Assembly (NCBI RefSeq): GCF_964355755.1
Contig: NC_092675.1
Span: forward strand, 29,608,912 to 29,672,911
DNA from: Antedon mediterranea
Lineage: Eukaryota > Animalia > Echinodermata
Length of the DNA: 64,000 bases
Direction: 5' to 3'
Shown here: positions 42,141-55,941 of the stretch, piece after piece
Layout of the letters: each line of letters begins with the position of its first letter
How positions within the stretch are numbered: position 1 is the first letter of the stretch
The notes under the pieces: model-generated
Databases searched by the model: none
What the model was told of the DNA's origin: nothing
The model's input: only the letters and a program-made list of their open reading frames with translations
Position numbers and translations under genes: made by a program

Positions 42141-45100
42141 TATTTTTCTGGGTTGGTCATGTTTCGTTTCCATCCCGCGCGTACACGCAGCTTTCGTTTA
42201 CGTATTCGTCTCCGTTTACTTTTAATAACAGTGACGTTTTTAACTTCTTTTTGTTGAGGTATATCCTCTTCTTTTGGTGGCCATTCACCCCTCAATTTCA
42301 TCAACCTTATCTTCTCTTTCTCGTAAGCTTCTTCCAAAAGTCCCTTTTCCTTTGCTTTATAGTATTCTTTTAAAAACGGTGTATCTACATAATTAGTTTC
42401 GTTTTTAAGTTTAGCTTTCCAAGAAGGGTAGTGGAACCTAATATTGAACCGTCTGGACCACCGTGCAAACACAGCTTTTTCGGTGACGAATTTATGGCCC
42501 TTTGCTAACTGAGTCTCACTCCACATATAATATTTACATTCACGTTTGAAATCTGGTTCATAATAATGATACGGTGCCGTCTCATTTGGATGTTCCCTAA
42601 AATTCAATAATACAACATATTATCATAATCATTTATTAAATTAATTTCAGATACATTGTTTATTATTAACTTTAATATTAGCATTTCATTATTGACGACG
42701 AATTGGCTTATCGTAAACCTCCCAATAATAACCCTGGGTGACTATTTGATTGTAATGGTATATTATTTAACAAGGGATTACTAATAATCACTTGTAGTAT
42801 CCAGTTAATTAAGCTTGGTTCCTATACTAGGACGCAACGCAGAAACGTAAACGCAACGTAAGCGAGTTGGCCAATGACATGCGACAGTTAGAATATCCAT
42901 CGCTTGTGATTGGTCAACTCACTTACGTTGCGTTACGTCTTTGTGTTGCGTCTCTAGTGGGAACCAAGCGTAAGAGTAGCTAGTTACTATGATAGTGGCC
43001 TGTTACTGTTACAGCTTTACGTTTATACTTAAAAAAAAAAAACTCCTTGTCAGTTGTGCCTACAATTAATGTTGTGATAATGACTGATTAAACGTGTTCT
43101 AGACTTACTTGCAGTAGTTTTCGTGAATCAATCCGTAGACGTCAATCCTGTCACAAACATCCATAGCAAAAATCATTGACATCCAACCAGTAGTCAGCCA
43201 CGTATGAGCAGTCGACCTGAAAACAGACACACATCGAACAATTACACCATAAGTAAGTGCACAACGTATATACAAATAGTACAGAAAATATTGTCACAAT
43301 TATTATCTCCCATTGCCAGCAAGTCTACATTTTAACAACATCATGGCGTCGTTTGGTATTAACCACTCTCATCTTAAACAACATACAAATATTGACTTAC
43401 CGACTGAGTCCAGTTTCTTTACGGAAAAGTTCTTCCGACAGACCCATTTTATGTGCAGTTAAAAAGTAATACTCAACGTCTCTGTAATTTTTTGATAAAT
43501 TCATAGCAATGTTGTAGATCGGATCAGTTTTCCTATCTATTGTCTCAGAAAACAGCCAAGGTATGATCAGAACCTCTGGTCTAGTGACCTCATTTTGAAG
43601 AGTTTCTTTTTGCAAGTCCGTGTCGTTGTGTAGTCCACGCTCTAGGTTCACGTGACCAATGACGCGAACGGTTGTCCTGGATCCGACGTCTTCCTCGTAA
43701 CCGAGCGTCGGCGCCGTGTTCATTCGGATTACGCATTCGGCGTTGTCAATATCTTCGCCGGCTCCTTTTCCCAACAGTTGGCCAGAGCTCGATACCAATG
43801 CACATTGAGAACACTTGAAATATAAAGGCTAAAGGAACAAAAACAGTGAATATTAAAGTTACTTATTTTATGAATAGGTGCAGAAAAGCCTTATAGACAT
43901 TGTTTGTCAAAGAATGTAAATACATTTATGAAAATTGTCTAAACCAAATATAGTAATACATTTAAAATAGGTCAGTAGGGCATCTTGTCAGATGTTTGCA
44001 CTACTGCATCATGCCAATTACCGTGCAGCTACCTGACGCAAAACTACTACTTTAGTAATTCAAAACAATCCTTAAATTATAAATAAAAACAAAACTTATT
44101 ACAGTTCAATCTAAAGATAAACGAAAGTAAAACAGAAGAATACCTAATAGGAAGAAACACCGATAGTAAATGGGAAGAATGCAAATACCTCGGTAGTAAC
44201 TTGGACACAGAAAAAGACATTAAAAAAAGAAAATCACTAGCAGTTATGGCATATAACAAACTGAAGTCGTCGCTAGAACACAAAACGATGTCTATAGACG
44301 TGAAATCCCGTTTGTTTGACGCATACATAGCAAGTATTTTCTTATATAAAAGTGAACTCTGGGTACTAAACAAAAAATTACAAGAGAGTATAGATATATA
44401 TCACAGGAAAATGTTGCGAAAGATGATAGATATTAAATTAACAGATAGAGTGTGTGTAACACGAAAATATACGAGATAACAAAACAAGAAGAATGGAGTA
44501 AAAGAATTAAACGAAGGAGACTAAAATGGTATGGACACATAATTAGATGACCAGATGATACCCCAATCAAACAAACAATGAAGGAAACTAACAGGAAAGT
44601 AAAACGACCCGTAGGAAGACCAAGAAATAACTGGATGACTCAAATAAAGAAAGACTTACAAGGACTAGTAGACACTAACACAATAACAAACCATCCTGCC
44701 ATAAACAGAAAAAATGGAAACAAATTGTGGAAAGCGTAATGTCGGAAGACGGAAAACGTTAGCAACCTAAACCTAACTTATTACAGTATTTAAAATATTG
44801 TATTAAAAAGTTATATAATTTGAAATAAAAATATGAATTGCATTTCAGAACAAAATATAATCGAAAATGTAAATTATTGTCGTTAAATCTCTCTGATTTT
44901 ATTATCTGATTACAATTTTAAGAACGGTTTTTCCTAATATTTGTTAATAAGTAATTAGTTAATAATTTAGATAATTAATGTTTGCAACTGTGTATTGTTA
45001 ATAAACCCAATATTTGTTTACGCTTACACTTTCATCTCGTACCCCTACGTATCCGGGTACATGCGGTTCCTGGTCATAATCATCGTCCAGTTCAACATCT

Positions 45101-47456
45101 TTCCAATCCTCTTTGATTACGACTTTCTTTGTCACATACGGGTACGTTCTTTTCTTGATGACGTTGCTTTCTTGAGCTTCTCGAACATCACGTGTTTTCT
45201 CCTTGTCGTAGTAGTATATGTGGGATAACTGTTGTTTTGATTTAGCAGATGAGCTCTCGTGAGTGACGTATATCAGAAGAACAGACATTAACGCAGAGTA
45301 CCATAATGTAAATAAAAGAATCTTGTCGGATGTCTGGAGAATGAGAATGATATGTATAAACTTATGCAATTGAAAAGAAAAAAATAAACTTGAGCTGGTA
45401 AAAGTTATGGTGTAGGCCTACTCAATTTGTTGAGACTCCTCGCTTGGTTCTCACTAGGACGTAACGAAACGACGTAAACGCAACGCAAACGTGTTGACCA
45501 ATGACAAGCAACCGTTCGAATAATCCATCGCTTGTGATTGGTCAACTCACTTGCGTTACGTCCTTGTCTCAAGTGGAAACCAAGCTTAAACAAGCTCTTG
45601 GACATCTTCTTATAGCTTTGAAAGTTGTTCTTTACACAAACTGTTCTAGAATGAATAGGTAAATTAATTTCGTACTAAAAACCAGTTTATAATCTCATGT
45701 TTAAATTGTCGTGAAATACAAAACTGAGTTTACGCGCACTTCTTCTTATAGCAACTCTTTTCATGATCAATGGCAGCAGTATACTCCGTTGCGTTCATGC
45801 ATACAGCTTGGTTTCCACTAGGACGCAACTTTGCGCTCCTTGTGTTGCGTCCTAGTGGGAACCAAGCTTAAATGCATTAATGTCATAAAACCGGATGATC
45901 ATTGGAAATAGGTCATCTTTAATGGCGTCACAACTGAATAATGGCAACATTTCATAATTCTCAACGTGGAATAGGCCTACAACCACCAAATTACTGATGT
46001 CCGAATTGCAACACACCTTACAGTATCTTATCAGTAGTGAGAAATAAGTACATTGCAGCATAGATGATTGCAGCATTCTAAGAATTTAGTAGCCGGGTCG
46101 TTACGTCACACTACAGTGTCACAGTGTAGGCCTAGGACACTGAAGTGGTGCAAAACTCAGTGAGAGCATGGAAGAATTTCACACTTTTCCTGGTGAGAGT
46201 AACACATTATCAAGGCTATAAATGCCACGTAACAAAACATTTATTTAAAGGGATATTTACCATTATTTTTCCATTTATGTATTTGGATAAAACATGAAAC
46301 TTGAAAATTGTTTAGTTTGACTCTGATAACATGATTAAGAATAATAGCAATTTTAAAACCAGATTAGTTATCATCTGCTGTTATATACAATTTCGCAATA
46401 AAATACATATTTGTATAAGGCTAGGCCAATTTGTATTTATTTACTGTCGGGTTAAAATGTGGGCTGTGACGTAGGCGGTTTACCTTATCGGCTTTCTTCA
46501 ATAGACTATGTTATATTTGTGGGCCTACGCTTAAGAGAACAATGGTAATAAATAAGATACCCACCCACTGAACGAAAGATACCATTCTGGCCGTACGTCA
46601 CATTGAGAAAAATAAGCAACAAAGGCTATAACAATAAATGAAATAAAACTGAACTAAATATTAATTTTTAAATCTAAAAAATGAAGGAGTTAAGTTAATT
46701 GTTTTAATAGAATTAAACGGTTATGAAGATCCGAGACACAGTTACTTCAAACACGGTCAAACGGAAGAACACTGTACAGTCACGTCACGTTTCGATATAC
46801 TGCATGCAGGCAATGATCTGTTTTAAAAAGCGTTTGACTTTTGAAACACATAATATAATAACAACTCCCTGATATAAATGCGTTACGAACTAAACACTTT
46901 TCATTATCTCAGCCCAGCAAAGACGTAAGCGCAACGCAAATAATTTGACTAATTGTGACGCGACGTCTAAGTGGGACACAATCCTTTGTCTCATCATTGG
47001 AATATGGCACAATTTATTCGTAGGCGTTTTATTATGTGTCCAGATCACGGGCATATAGTGTTTAACACGATTAAGGGTACAGTCATGCCAGAAGTATAAG
47101 GGCCTATCATAACAAACCTAAGTATGTTCTATGTGATCGGTAATTTCGTTTATGTGCTATTGAATTTTCCCCATTTAATGCCTACATTCACTAATCAACG
47201 GCCAGCTTTCTGTAAACATTTTGATATTGTGCGATGCGTCGTTTAATAGAATACATAAACTCTTGAGTTCAAACCATTCATTGGCCTATATCCTACACAT
47301 GGGTTAGTATTTTGCAGCAACGTGCAGGAGGCCAACATTATGAAAATTATATTAATAAAGTAAAAATATTAATAAAGCATTATAGCCAGGCCTACGTAGC
47401 AGTGAAGTGTAGACTACTGTACTTACCAGAAATGGTTTCCGACCAACAGCGGTCAT
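42101..47456 (-). CDS. GT29 sialyltransferase, ST6GalNAc III-VI-like (paralog A); 5 exons, ~455 aa
   Basis: Exons (-): 47456-47427 (MTAVGRKPFL), 45333-45028 (TM helix and stem), 43828-43401 (sialylmotif L: CALVSSSGQLLG...CVIRMNTAPTLGYEEDVGSRTT), 43216-43109 (motif S: WLTTGWMSMIFAMDVCDRIDVYG), 42596-42101 (motif III YHYYE, VS HKFVTE). Total 1368 nt, in phase. The first mini-exon is the least certain part. Confidence 0.9.
42812..42970. mobile_element. MITE family 2 copy
   Basis: TIR AGCTTGGTTCC..ACTAGGACGCAACGCA ... TGCGTCTCTAGTGGGAACCAAGC. Confidence 0.8.
44106..44774 (+). mobile_element. 5'-truncated, degenerate RTE-like LINE in an intron of sialyltransferase A (antisense to host)
   Basis: RT C-terminal motifs LKINESKTE, CKYLGS, DIKKRK; after a frameshift RRLKWYGHIIR* and KRPVGRPRNNW. 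AACCT-type tail. 13-bp TSD AACTTATTACAGT at 44093-44105 and 44775-44787. Confidence 0.85.
45442..45867. mobile_element. MITE family 2 copies (45442-45586 and an internally deleted copy at 45806-45867)
   Basis: GCTTGGTT..CACTAGGACG...AGTGGRAACCAAGCT TIRs. Confidence 0.75.
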
Positions 47457-48117
47457 CCTTAGTTTGTGCGTAAAGTGTACGTTTGACGGAGAAAGAGATA
47501 GCCCGTCAGTCTCCACATTTTTCAGCAACTGCAGGGCTAGCTGTGTGTGATGTGATGACCACTAGAGTGTTTGCAGGATTTGTTACGATTGGACTATGAA
47601 CCGGCAAAGAGCATCAGTATCAAAATGCAAACACCGAATTACAGATACATGATGTGCTTTTTAGCATGCTCTGGTGTTAAATAGAGGTGAGCTGATTATT
47701 AACGTCACTCGGAAACTAAAAATGGGATAAGAAATTGAAAGTGGAAAAAATAGAAATAACAATTAAAAATGTTGATCTCTCAATGATGCCTTTGGTGATA
47801 TTGGTTACACAAAAATTAGAATAGGCCTACATCATAGAAAAATTAAAAAAAGCACTGGACACCATTGTTAATAAGGAAAAATTATTTACGGAATCTTGTT
47901 CACAATGGTGGAAAACGGAACGGATTACATCTATTATACAATAACATGGAGCTAGCAATACTGCATTGTTCTCTTTTAACACATAAACAAAACCGACGTT
48001 TTTTAGTCCAAAAATATATTATTAATACGTCATCAATTTATTAGTTTCATAGAGTTTTCTTTGACCGATATCCTATAACAAAACAGATCGTGACTCATGA
48101 AACAATCATGGCATTAA

Positions 48118-48268
48118 GCGTTGTTCCGACGACGAGGACGCAACGCGTTGACGTAAGTTCAATGCAAGCGAGTTGACCAATGAAAAGCGACGGTTTGGAT
48201 AATCCTCGCTGGTGAATGGTTAATGCGTTGTACTTACGTTCTAGCGTTGCGTCTTATGGAACCAAGCT
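48118..48268. mobile_element. MITE family 2 copy (diverged)
   Basis: GACGCAACGC...GACCAATGA...TTGCGTCTTATGGAACCAAGCT. Confidence 0.65.
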
Positions 48269-50186
48269 TTTGCTTGATTCCCACGTAGGACACAATGACG
48301 TAAAGACCACTACATACAACCGGTATTTTGCTATGACCTGACATTGCTATGGATACTTTATCATACAAAATAATATGTGGTGTGTTGCGATGTTTCCATA
48401 CAGTATTTGTTTACTGATAGTATTACACCCCATTGATGAATGACGTAAACATGAATATACACAGTATTATGACCCTTCTCTTGATGGTAACACTAACACT
48501 GTGTCCTCTATGTGGAAATGGTGTGTTAAAAATGTGGACACTATTCAAACACTGTCACACAGTTAAAACTGTGTGACAGTTAAAACTGTGTGACACTGGT
48601 GAGATAACAATGTTAAAACTGTGTGGCAACGCTGTGTTGACTATGTGGAGGTGTATGTTCACAGTGTGGCATTTCCTTCATTCACTTCCGTTTCACGGAA
48701 CGGAAGACGGCGTCGTTATGGAAAATCATATAAAGAATTGAACGGCGACGTCTTGATTTAACGGAAACTTGACCACCTATGATATGTTGAATATAACTGA
48801 ACTGAATATCAGCAAGTGTATAATAGAAACACGTCATTTTACAATACAACCTTTTGTTGTTGCTATTCGTACGTCACATATTACCTTATTGTGTAGTAAA
48901 TATTTACCAACCTTTCATTTTCTGCATTGGAAAACATCCTGAACGAAATAAACAAACGGCGACAACTTTGACACGTAGACCTCTCGTAAAGCAATTATTC
49001 ATTGTTTATTGTACAGGTGGAGAGAGTATGCAAACTACGCAATATGATAGCGCCATCTATACCATGGATAGAGTACCGTTACAGTGCCTACTGGAAACAA
49101 GCTACAGTCGCGTGCTAAAATTTGAGTTAGTGCTTACCGACCGACCGACATAGTAAGCTGTAGAGTCGAAGTAGAGTTAAAATTGTGTGTTAGATTACAC
49201 AATGATGATGTTATATTTCTGAGATATAGGCTTTTAAAGGAAAAAATAATTAAAATGGTATAAAATGGTTAAATATATATTTGCACCCACCTCTCCACCA
49301 CCACCAACCCCTAAACAAAAAAATAAACCATCAAAAATAATATAGTAAGCTATTTAAAAAAAATATTTTACTTAAAACACATAAACGGTTAAATTTAACA
49401 AAAAAATTTTTTGTTGATGATTTTTAATTGATAATAATATACAGTCTACACATGTCTATTCTTTTTTATTATAAAACTTACATATACAATAAGTATTATA
49501 AGGATGATTACATTTTAAATAATTCTACATTCAAGATAAACAAAGCTGAACTTATACTACCGGTACTTAAATACTGTTTTTATTCTTAATCTAATACATA
49601 CTATACAATATTACTGTGATCTTTATACGGTTCTTTTCAAGTCTGGCAATATAACCATTGTGTTTATCTGCTACTCACCAATTTATACTTTTTTGGTCTA
49701 TCATACTTTATTTAAACTTATAACAATGGTTGAAGTAAATAAATGAAACTGGAATAAATATGATATCGTGGGCTACGCGTATTTTTACAACTTAATTAAA
49801 TTAAATAACTAATTTAATTAATAAAATTGTACCTGTTACACTTCTTCTAAAAATAATGAAAGCATACCGGTAATGTAGATAGACTACTAGCATTATAAAC
49901 GTTGTGCTGTAAAAATTGAAAGAATTAGTTTATTACTATTATACGTGGCGACAACAACAACACAATGATGACGTATGAGTAGTAGCCTATACTAAAATGG
50001 AAATAGCGAAACGTTGATCACCACGAGAGTTCAATAATTAAGCTCTGTCTACACCACACTTTTTTGGTCAAACTAGTTTCAAATAGTCAGAGCTTTACTC
50101 TTATATAAATTGATTGCATATTTACACATTTATATTATGCATTGTAATTATATTTCTCTTTATTTTGAGGTAAATATTGTATGGAA

Positions 50187-50873
50187 TTTAACTGTGGTCT
50201 TTGTTTAACTGTGTTTAACTGTGGTCTTTGTTTAACTGTGTTTAACTGTGGTCTTTGTTTAACTGTGTTTAACTGTGGTCTTTGTTTAACTGTGTTTAAC
50301 TGTGGTCTTTGTTTAACTGTGTTTAACTGTGGTCTTTGTTTAACTGTGTTTAACTGTGGTCTTTGTTTAACTGTGTTTAACTGTGGTCTTTGTTTAACTG
50401 TGTTTAACTGTGGTCTTTGTTTAACTGTGTTTAACTGTGGTCTTTGTTTAACTGTGTTTAACTGTGGTCTTTGTTTAACTGTGTTTAACTGTGGTCTTTG
50501 TTTAACTGTGTTTAACTGTGGTCTTTGTTTAACTGTGTTTAACTGTGGTCTTTGTTTAACTGTGTTTAACTGTTGTCTTTGTTTAACTGTGTTTAACTGT
50601 GGTCTTTGTTTAACTGTGTTTAACTGTGGTCTTTGTTTAACTGTGTTTAACTGTGGTCTTTGTTTAACTGTGTTTAACTGTGGTCTTTGTTTAACTGTGT
50701 TTAACTGTGGTCTTTGTTTAACTGTGTTTAACTGTGGTCTTTGTTTAACTGTGTTTAACTGTGGTCTTTGTTTAACTGTGTTTAACGGTGGTCTTTGTTT
50801 AACTGTGTTTAACTGTGGTCTTTGTTTAACTGTGTTTAACTGTGGTCTTTGTTTAACTGTGTTTAACTGTGGT
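50187..50873. repeat. 27-bp minisatellite, ~25 copies
   Basis: Unit TTTAACTGTGGTCTTTGTTTAACTGTG, containing an internal TTTAACTGTG subrepeat. Confidence 0.97.
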
Positions 50874-51222
50874 CGTTCTTTATTTAGACAGGCTGTATAT
50901 ATAAGGATTCATGAGGACTTTATACGACGTACGTATGCGTGTGATCGTAGACTTTCAACCTCAAGTCACTCTTTCATTATGATCACAACCAAGGGGCGTT
51001 TTAAGTTTGTTCGAACTTCTAAATCAATTTTGAACAGATTGAATATGTGCCCCAAAATATATGTTTTATGGAATATTAAGGCGTCGTCGAATCGGCGTCT
51101 TAGGACCTAGGCTGTTGACATGATGTCTGCCAACACATATCACACTTTTCTCCTTGGTGTTCCTTCGTCTTGCAAGTAAATTCGCTCTTTTTTCATTAAT
51201 ACCAGTTTTACCGTCCAAATAA

Positions 51223-54200
51223 TTATATTTTACCAAAGTTTATATTTCTAAAATTCCTTAATACAGTACTTTTCGATATATTTTGGCTTTTTTGTTCGTT
51301 ATTAGAAACAGCTAGTGGGGTTTTCCGCTTAACAACCCGCTTTCTTGATTTTATCGCAGCTAATTTTCTTTTCTGTTTATCCCTAATTATTTTTCTGCTT
51401 TTCAATGCTTCTTTTGTCTTTGTCATTCTTTCGATTTTTTTCTTTTTCTTTTCTAATGCTAATAACGCATTTTTCATGTCTCCATTCTCCATCGCTTCGT
51501 GATATCGTCGAAGGTATGGCGTGTCTAAAAAGCTACTGTTACCATGACTTTCCAATTCATCTTTCCAAGTAGGATGATAAAAAGTTATATTGTATTTTTT
51601 CGCCCATCTTGCATAAACAGCTTTTTCCGTTATAAATTTGTGTCCCCCTAGCAGTCTTACCTCACTGACGTTATAATACGAACACTCGTTTTTAAACTCA
51701 GGATCATAGTAATGGTAGGGTGTAGAATTAGTCCAGTTCTTTAAATTCCTAAATAAAAACAATAATTATTTCACACGTTAACAATCCTTCAAAATTAAAC
51801 TGAATTATTTAAGAATTTTGTTTCGATATTGAAAAGACAATTAGAAACTGATGCAAACACATTTTGTTGTAAAGTTTTTAATACCCGTTTTCGGGGCTTA
51901 GGCGTATATTATGACTGGGCACAATGATAAAATAGGCCTATAAGAAGTACAGAACACAGGACGACTAACCTGCAATGGTTTTCAGGAACCAAACCATACA
52001 CGTCAATTTGCTCACAAACATCTAAGGCAAATATCAAAGTCATCCATCCTGTTGACAACCACGATTTAATTTCTTTCCTTTAAAAAATAATACATTTTCC
52101 AAAATAACTAACACTTCTAAAAAGTTTCCCAAACCGATTAACTCAACACTATTTTTAGTTATTTGATTCACTGAAGTTGCATGACCTAACTTCTACAGTT
52201 GTCTGTAGTTATTAACCTAAGTCAACACTAGCACAAACTTATGTTGTCAAACTCTGAGTTTGCTCGAGTATGCAAGCTAAATTTTGCTATAGTGTAGTAC
52301 ACTCCTAGTTTACACTAACAAACTCGGAGTTTGCTGCTGTTTGCTAGTGTAGTCTTCTGGGTTTCTGCAGTTTGCCCACATTTATCAACTGGTCTCAACA
52401 GCAAACTTTGGGAAACTCTTCTTTGGTTTGTTTGAGTTTGCAAACAACAGTTTTTGGTCTAACTTTTGACAACTTCTGCAGTTTGCCGAAGTTTGGAAAA
52501 GTTGTGTTGCCAACTATAGGTGTTTGCTAGAGTTGAAACAAGGTTGACAGGTATTAAATGCTTTAAATTATTAATAAATTATTATTATTTAAAAAAAATG
52601 TATTGTATACCTGCTTATGCCTGTTTCTTCTTTAAATATCTGCTCAGATATGTTAATTTTGTTCTGACTGAATAAATAGAATTCAACACCTGTGTGATTC
52701 CTTGACAAGTTTCTCGCTGTGTTGAAATAATAGTTCTTATCTTCATCTATTTTATCTAAGAATAGCCACGGGATAACAATCATTTTAGGCGGCATAGATC
52801 CTCTCTCGATAACCTTAATCTTGTCTATATTTGAATGTCCTACGATTCTGGCAGTAGTTCGGCTACCAACGTCCTTTTCGAAGCCTAGGGTTGGTGCAGC
52901 GTTCATCCGGAATACACATTCTGTGCTATCGATAGCAGATCCAGCACTGCTGTTCAGTAACTGACCTGAGTTCGTTACAACTGCGCAATGTCCACAGTTA
53001 AATGACAAGGCCTACAAGAAAGGAAAAAATGTTTTCTTTTTAACAACAATAATTTAAAATAACATATATTCTTTTTTTTTTGTCTTGTGTGAGTTCATCT
53101 CACGTTTATTTAAATTCTCATTGGTGAATATATTATATACAATAAGTACATTTGTGACAATTAAAAGTAAGTTTTCAAAGTAGTTAAAATACAGGTATAT
53201 TTACATAATAAAATGCTTGAATTGAGTATTATTCATGAGTTTGTATGGTGACGTGCATCCTAGGTAGGCATACAATGCATTGTTCAAGTTTCCTTTCGTT
53301 CTTATTACTTACTGCATTATTTCTTAAATTGTAATATTCTGTGTTTAGCTTTTCGATTTGGTCTGGTGTAGAAACGTTGTACGTTGGAGTTGTTGGCCTT
53401 TTATTTGCGTTTACATTTCTGTTTGGTAACGCATTAGTACTTCTTCTTGACGTCTTTTTCTCTAGAATAGCTATTCTCTTGCTGTTGGTTCTATCTTGAT
53501 AGATGTAGCTTAGTACTACGATCGTATTCACTATGAGCAACATTGTAAATAACCTTTTTTCCTGGAAATAGAAGTAGAACATAATATTACATTGTTCATG
53601 TTGAATCGATTGACCGAAAATACTTGACCAACAACCAGCCGACCGACAGACCGACTGGCCGTCTTACTCGATCATCATAGACCTATTAGATCTATTATAT
53701 TGTAGTCTTTATCTATAAATCCATATTCAGTAACATTTTCTACCCATTATCTATTGATAATGTTGATAAGAACATCCGGTAGAGAGACATTATAATCATT
53801 CATTTGAAAATGTTGCAATATCGCGTGATAATGATACTTAATGAGTTACTAATTCAAAATGTAGGAACGTTACTTTTTAATCGTTTTAGGCCTTTTTTCC
53901 TTTTTTGTTGCGTAAATACCACTATTATTCACATTAATATCATGATATAGTCATCTCATCAACATAAAATTATCATGATTACTTTCATTATTATCACATT
54001 TTTTTATTTTCTAATTTTTTTTATCATTACAGTTTTATCAACTTCATCAGTGGTAAGTCTATTATAGCGTTTTTAAATTGTGTACATTAACTTCATACAT
54101 TCCAATAGAGAGGCATTTTAAAAAGCTATGAAAAATAAACGGTGTGGTAAAAAATGTTATCAGATGACTAAATATAGGTAATATAACTTGAATTTTACAT

Positions 54201-55010
54201 TTCTGGTATTTTTATTCAACTTCAGAATTTTATTTTCATGCTATAGCAAAAATTATCCACCGTATATCCACCATCTTTTTTCACCTTCTAGGGAGTCACC
54301 AGACATGTTATTACATTATGCTAACTACCTAACTACTGAAAAAAGTCTTTCCTGTGTTTTTGGGCAGAATTTTGCCAAATTTTGTATTTGACCATATTAG
54401 GGGAAATTCATGATTTTTCGTCTTGATTTCTGTTACAAATATTTGATTATGTACAAGTAACCAGATATTATATTTAAAATTCATGCCTGTACCTGAGCTT
54501 TAATGTTCTTGTATTTTTCTATACTACACTTTTAAAAAGCAAATAAAGTTAACACAAAGACGATATGCCTACTGAATCCTAAAGATGGCTTTAGATCAAC
54601 TAGTGTAGTCATTCAATATGAAGTTTATAGGCCTATGAAATAAAACATAAACTTGCATATCTGTACAAGAACAGCGACAACGTTTATAAAATTATTCTTT
54701 CACTTTAAAGTTCGAGGTTACCATAATTACTAACTTAAATATTTGTACCTATTTCACTAATATCGTGAATATGAAATTATGCTCATTTTCTTAGTTACCA
54801 TGACTATATATCAATTTACGATTGGATCTTTTGATGAACGTGAATTTTGTTGAAACTTTAGCTAACAACTTAATATCATTTAAAATAGATTTATTTTTTT
54901 CACTAATAAACTTCAACTTACACAAAATGACAAAAACATAACAAATTCATGTTTATTGTAAATAGAATTACTGAACTTACCGAATAAAATCGTCCAACAA
55001 ACGTAGCCAT
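51223..55010 (-). CDS. GT29 sialyltransferase, ST6GalNAc III-VI-like (paralog B); 5 exons, ~437 aa
   Basis: Exons (-): 55010-54981 (MATFVGRFYS), 53561-53313, 53011-52611 (motif L: CAVVTNSGQLL...CVFRMNAAPTLGFEKDVGSRTT), 52077-51970 (motif S: WLSTGWMTLIFALDVCEQIDVYG), 51748-51223 (YHYYD, HKFITE). Total 1314 nt. Same exon phases as paralog A, with identical 30-nt and 108-nt exon sizes. Confidence 0.9.
52221..52537. repeat. Foldback-like element with degenerate CAAACT..AGTTTG repeats
   Basis: Imperfect inverted ends TCAACACTAGCACAAAC / GTTTGCTAGAGTTGA; lies in an intron of sialyltransferase B. Confidence 0.5.
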
Positions 55011-55319
55011 TTTAACCTGAGTGTCCGACCGTGTTATCCCGTAAAATAAATTCCTTTTTCTTATCAAGAGCTAGCTGCATTGTTTTGGACTTTGATCTGT
55101 TAGTTTGAGATTAGTAGAATTATTTACGCAAATTCCAGTTTGTGTATTTGTTCGATTTGTAACTTATTAAAAATAAATGTTCTTTATATATTAATTATGG
55201 TTAAGTCGGTATATCATAAATGCATTTTTAAATACATTAATGTAGAGTTATGTGGAATTGTCATAATGTCGGTAAAATCATTATGGACGAGGAAATTCCA
55301 AACAACGATACAGCTCTAA

Positions 55320-55516
55320 AGCTTGGTTCCCATTATAGGACGCAACGCAAGTACGTAAACGCAACGCAAGCGTGTTAACCAATGACAAGCGAATTTATAG
55401 ACAGTTAGCAATCAATTCACTTGAGTTGCGTTACGTTCTTGTGTTGCGTCGCTAGTGGGAACCAAGCTTTACGTTGCGTCTACGTCCTTGCGTTGCGTCA
55501 TAGTGGGAACCAAGCT
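55320..55516. mobile_element. MITE family 2 copy with duplicated right end
   Basis: AGCTTGGTTCCCA...TAGTGGGAACCAAGCT occurs with two right ends (55468 and 55516). Confidence 0.8.
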
Positions 55517-55941
55517 TTACGGATAGGAATACAAAATGAATACACAAAGATATCAATAAACCTTCATAACATTTAGTTTTGTTGTAGATCATAATTATAT
55601 GCATTTGGTATGAACTTATCTTCTAACTTTGATTCAGTAACAAGAATAATGGGCTCTTTTATTTGATAAACCATCAATATTTGTATATTGATTGATTGAT
55701 CACTTTATTTCATTACTTCAAAGATTTTTGTTATGTTCTTGGCACTCTCTTACAAGAATCTCGTATTTCTTTTTTATTTCTTTTAAATTATAATTTGATA
55801 GTGTAGACAGAGCTTTATAGTAATAGTATATTAGACCTTATAGAGTTTGTACTATGGCTTGGCTTCTACAGTAAACATAAGCGCTTTGATCATATTTCAG
55901 GTAGGCCTAGTAATAGACCGCGTCCAATATTGTAAATGCTT

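Noticed and set aside
50181-51110. 309-aa ORF of FNCGLCLTV repeats resembling a Cys-rich or zinc-binding protein
   Set aside because: Translation of a nearly invariant 27-bp satellite, antisense to the 3' region of sialyltransferase B.
54493-54612. Alternative first exon for sialyltransferase B (MTTLVDLKPSLG...)
   Set aside because: In-frame TAA before the donor; the 55010-54981 exon matches paralog A in size and phase.
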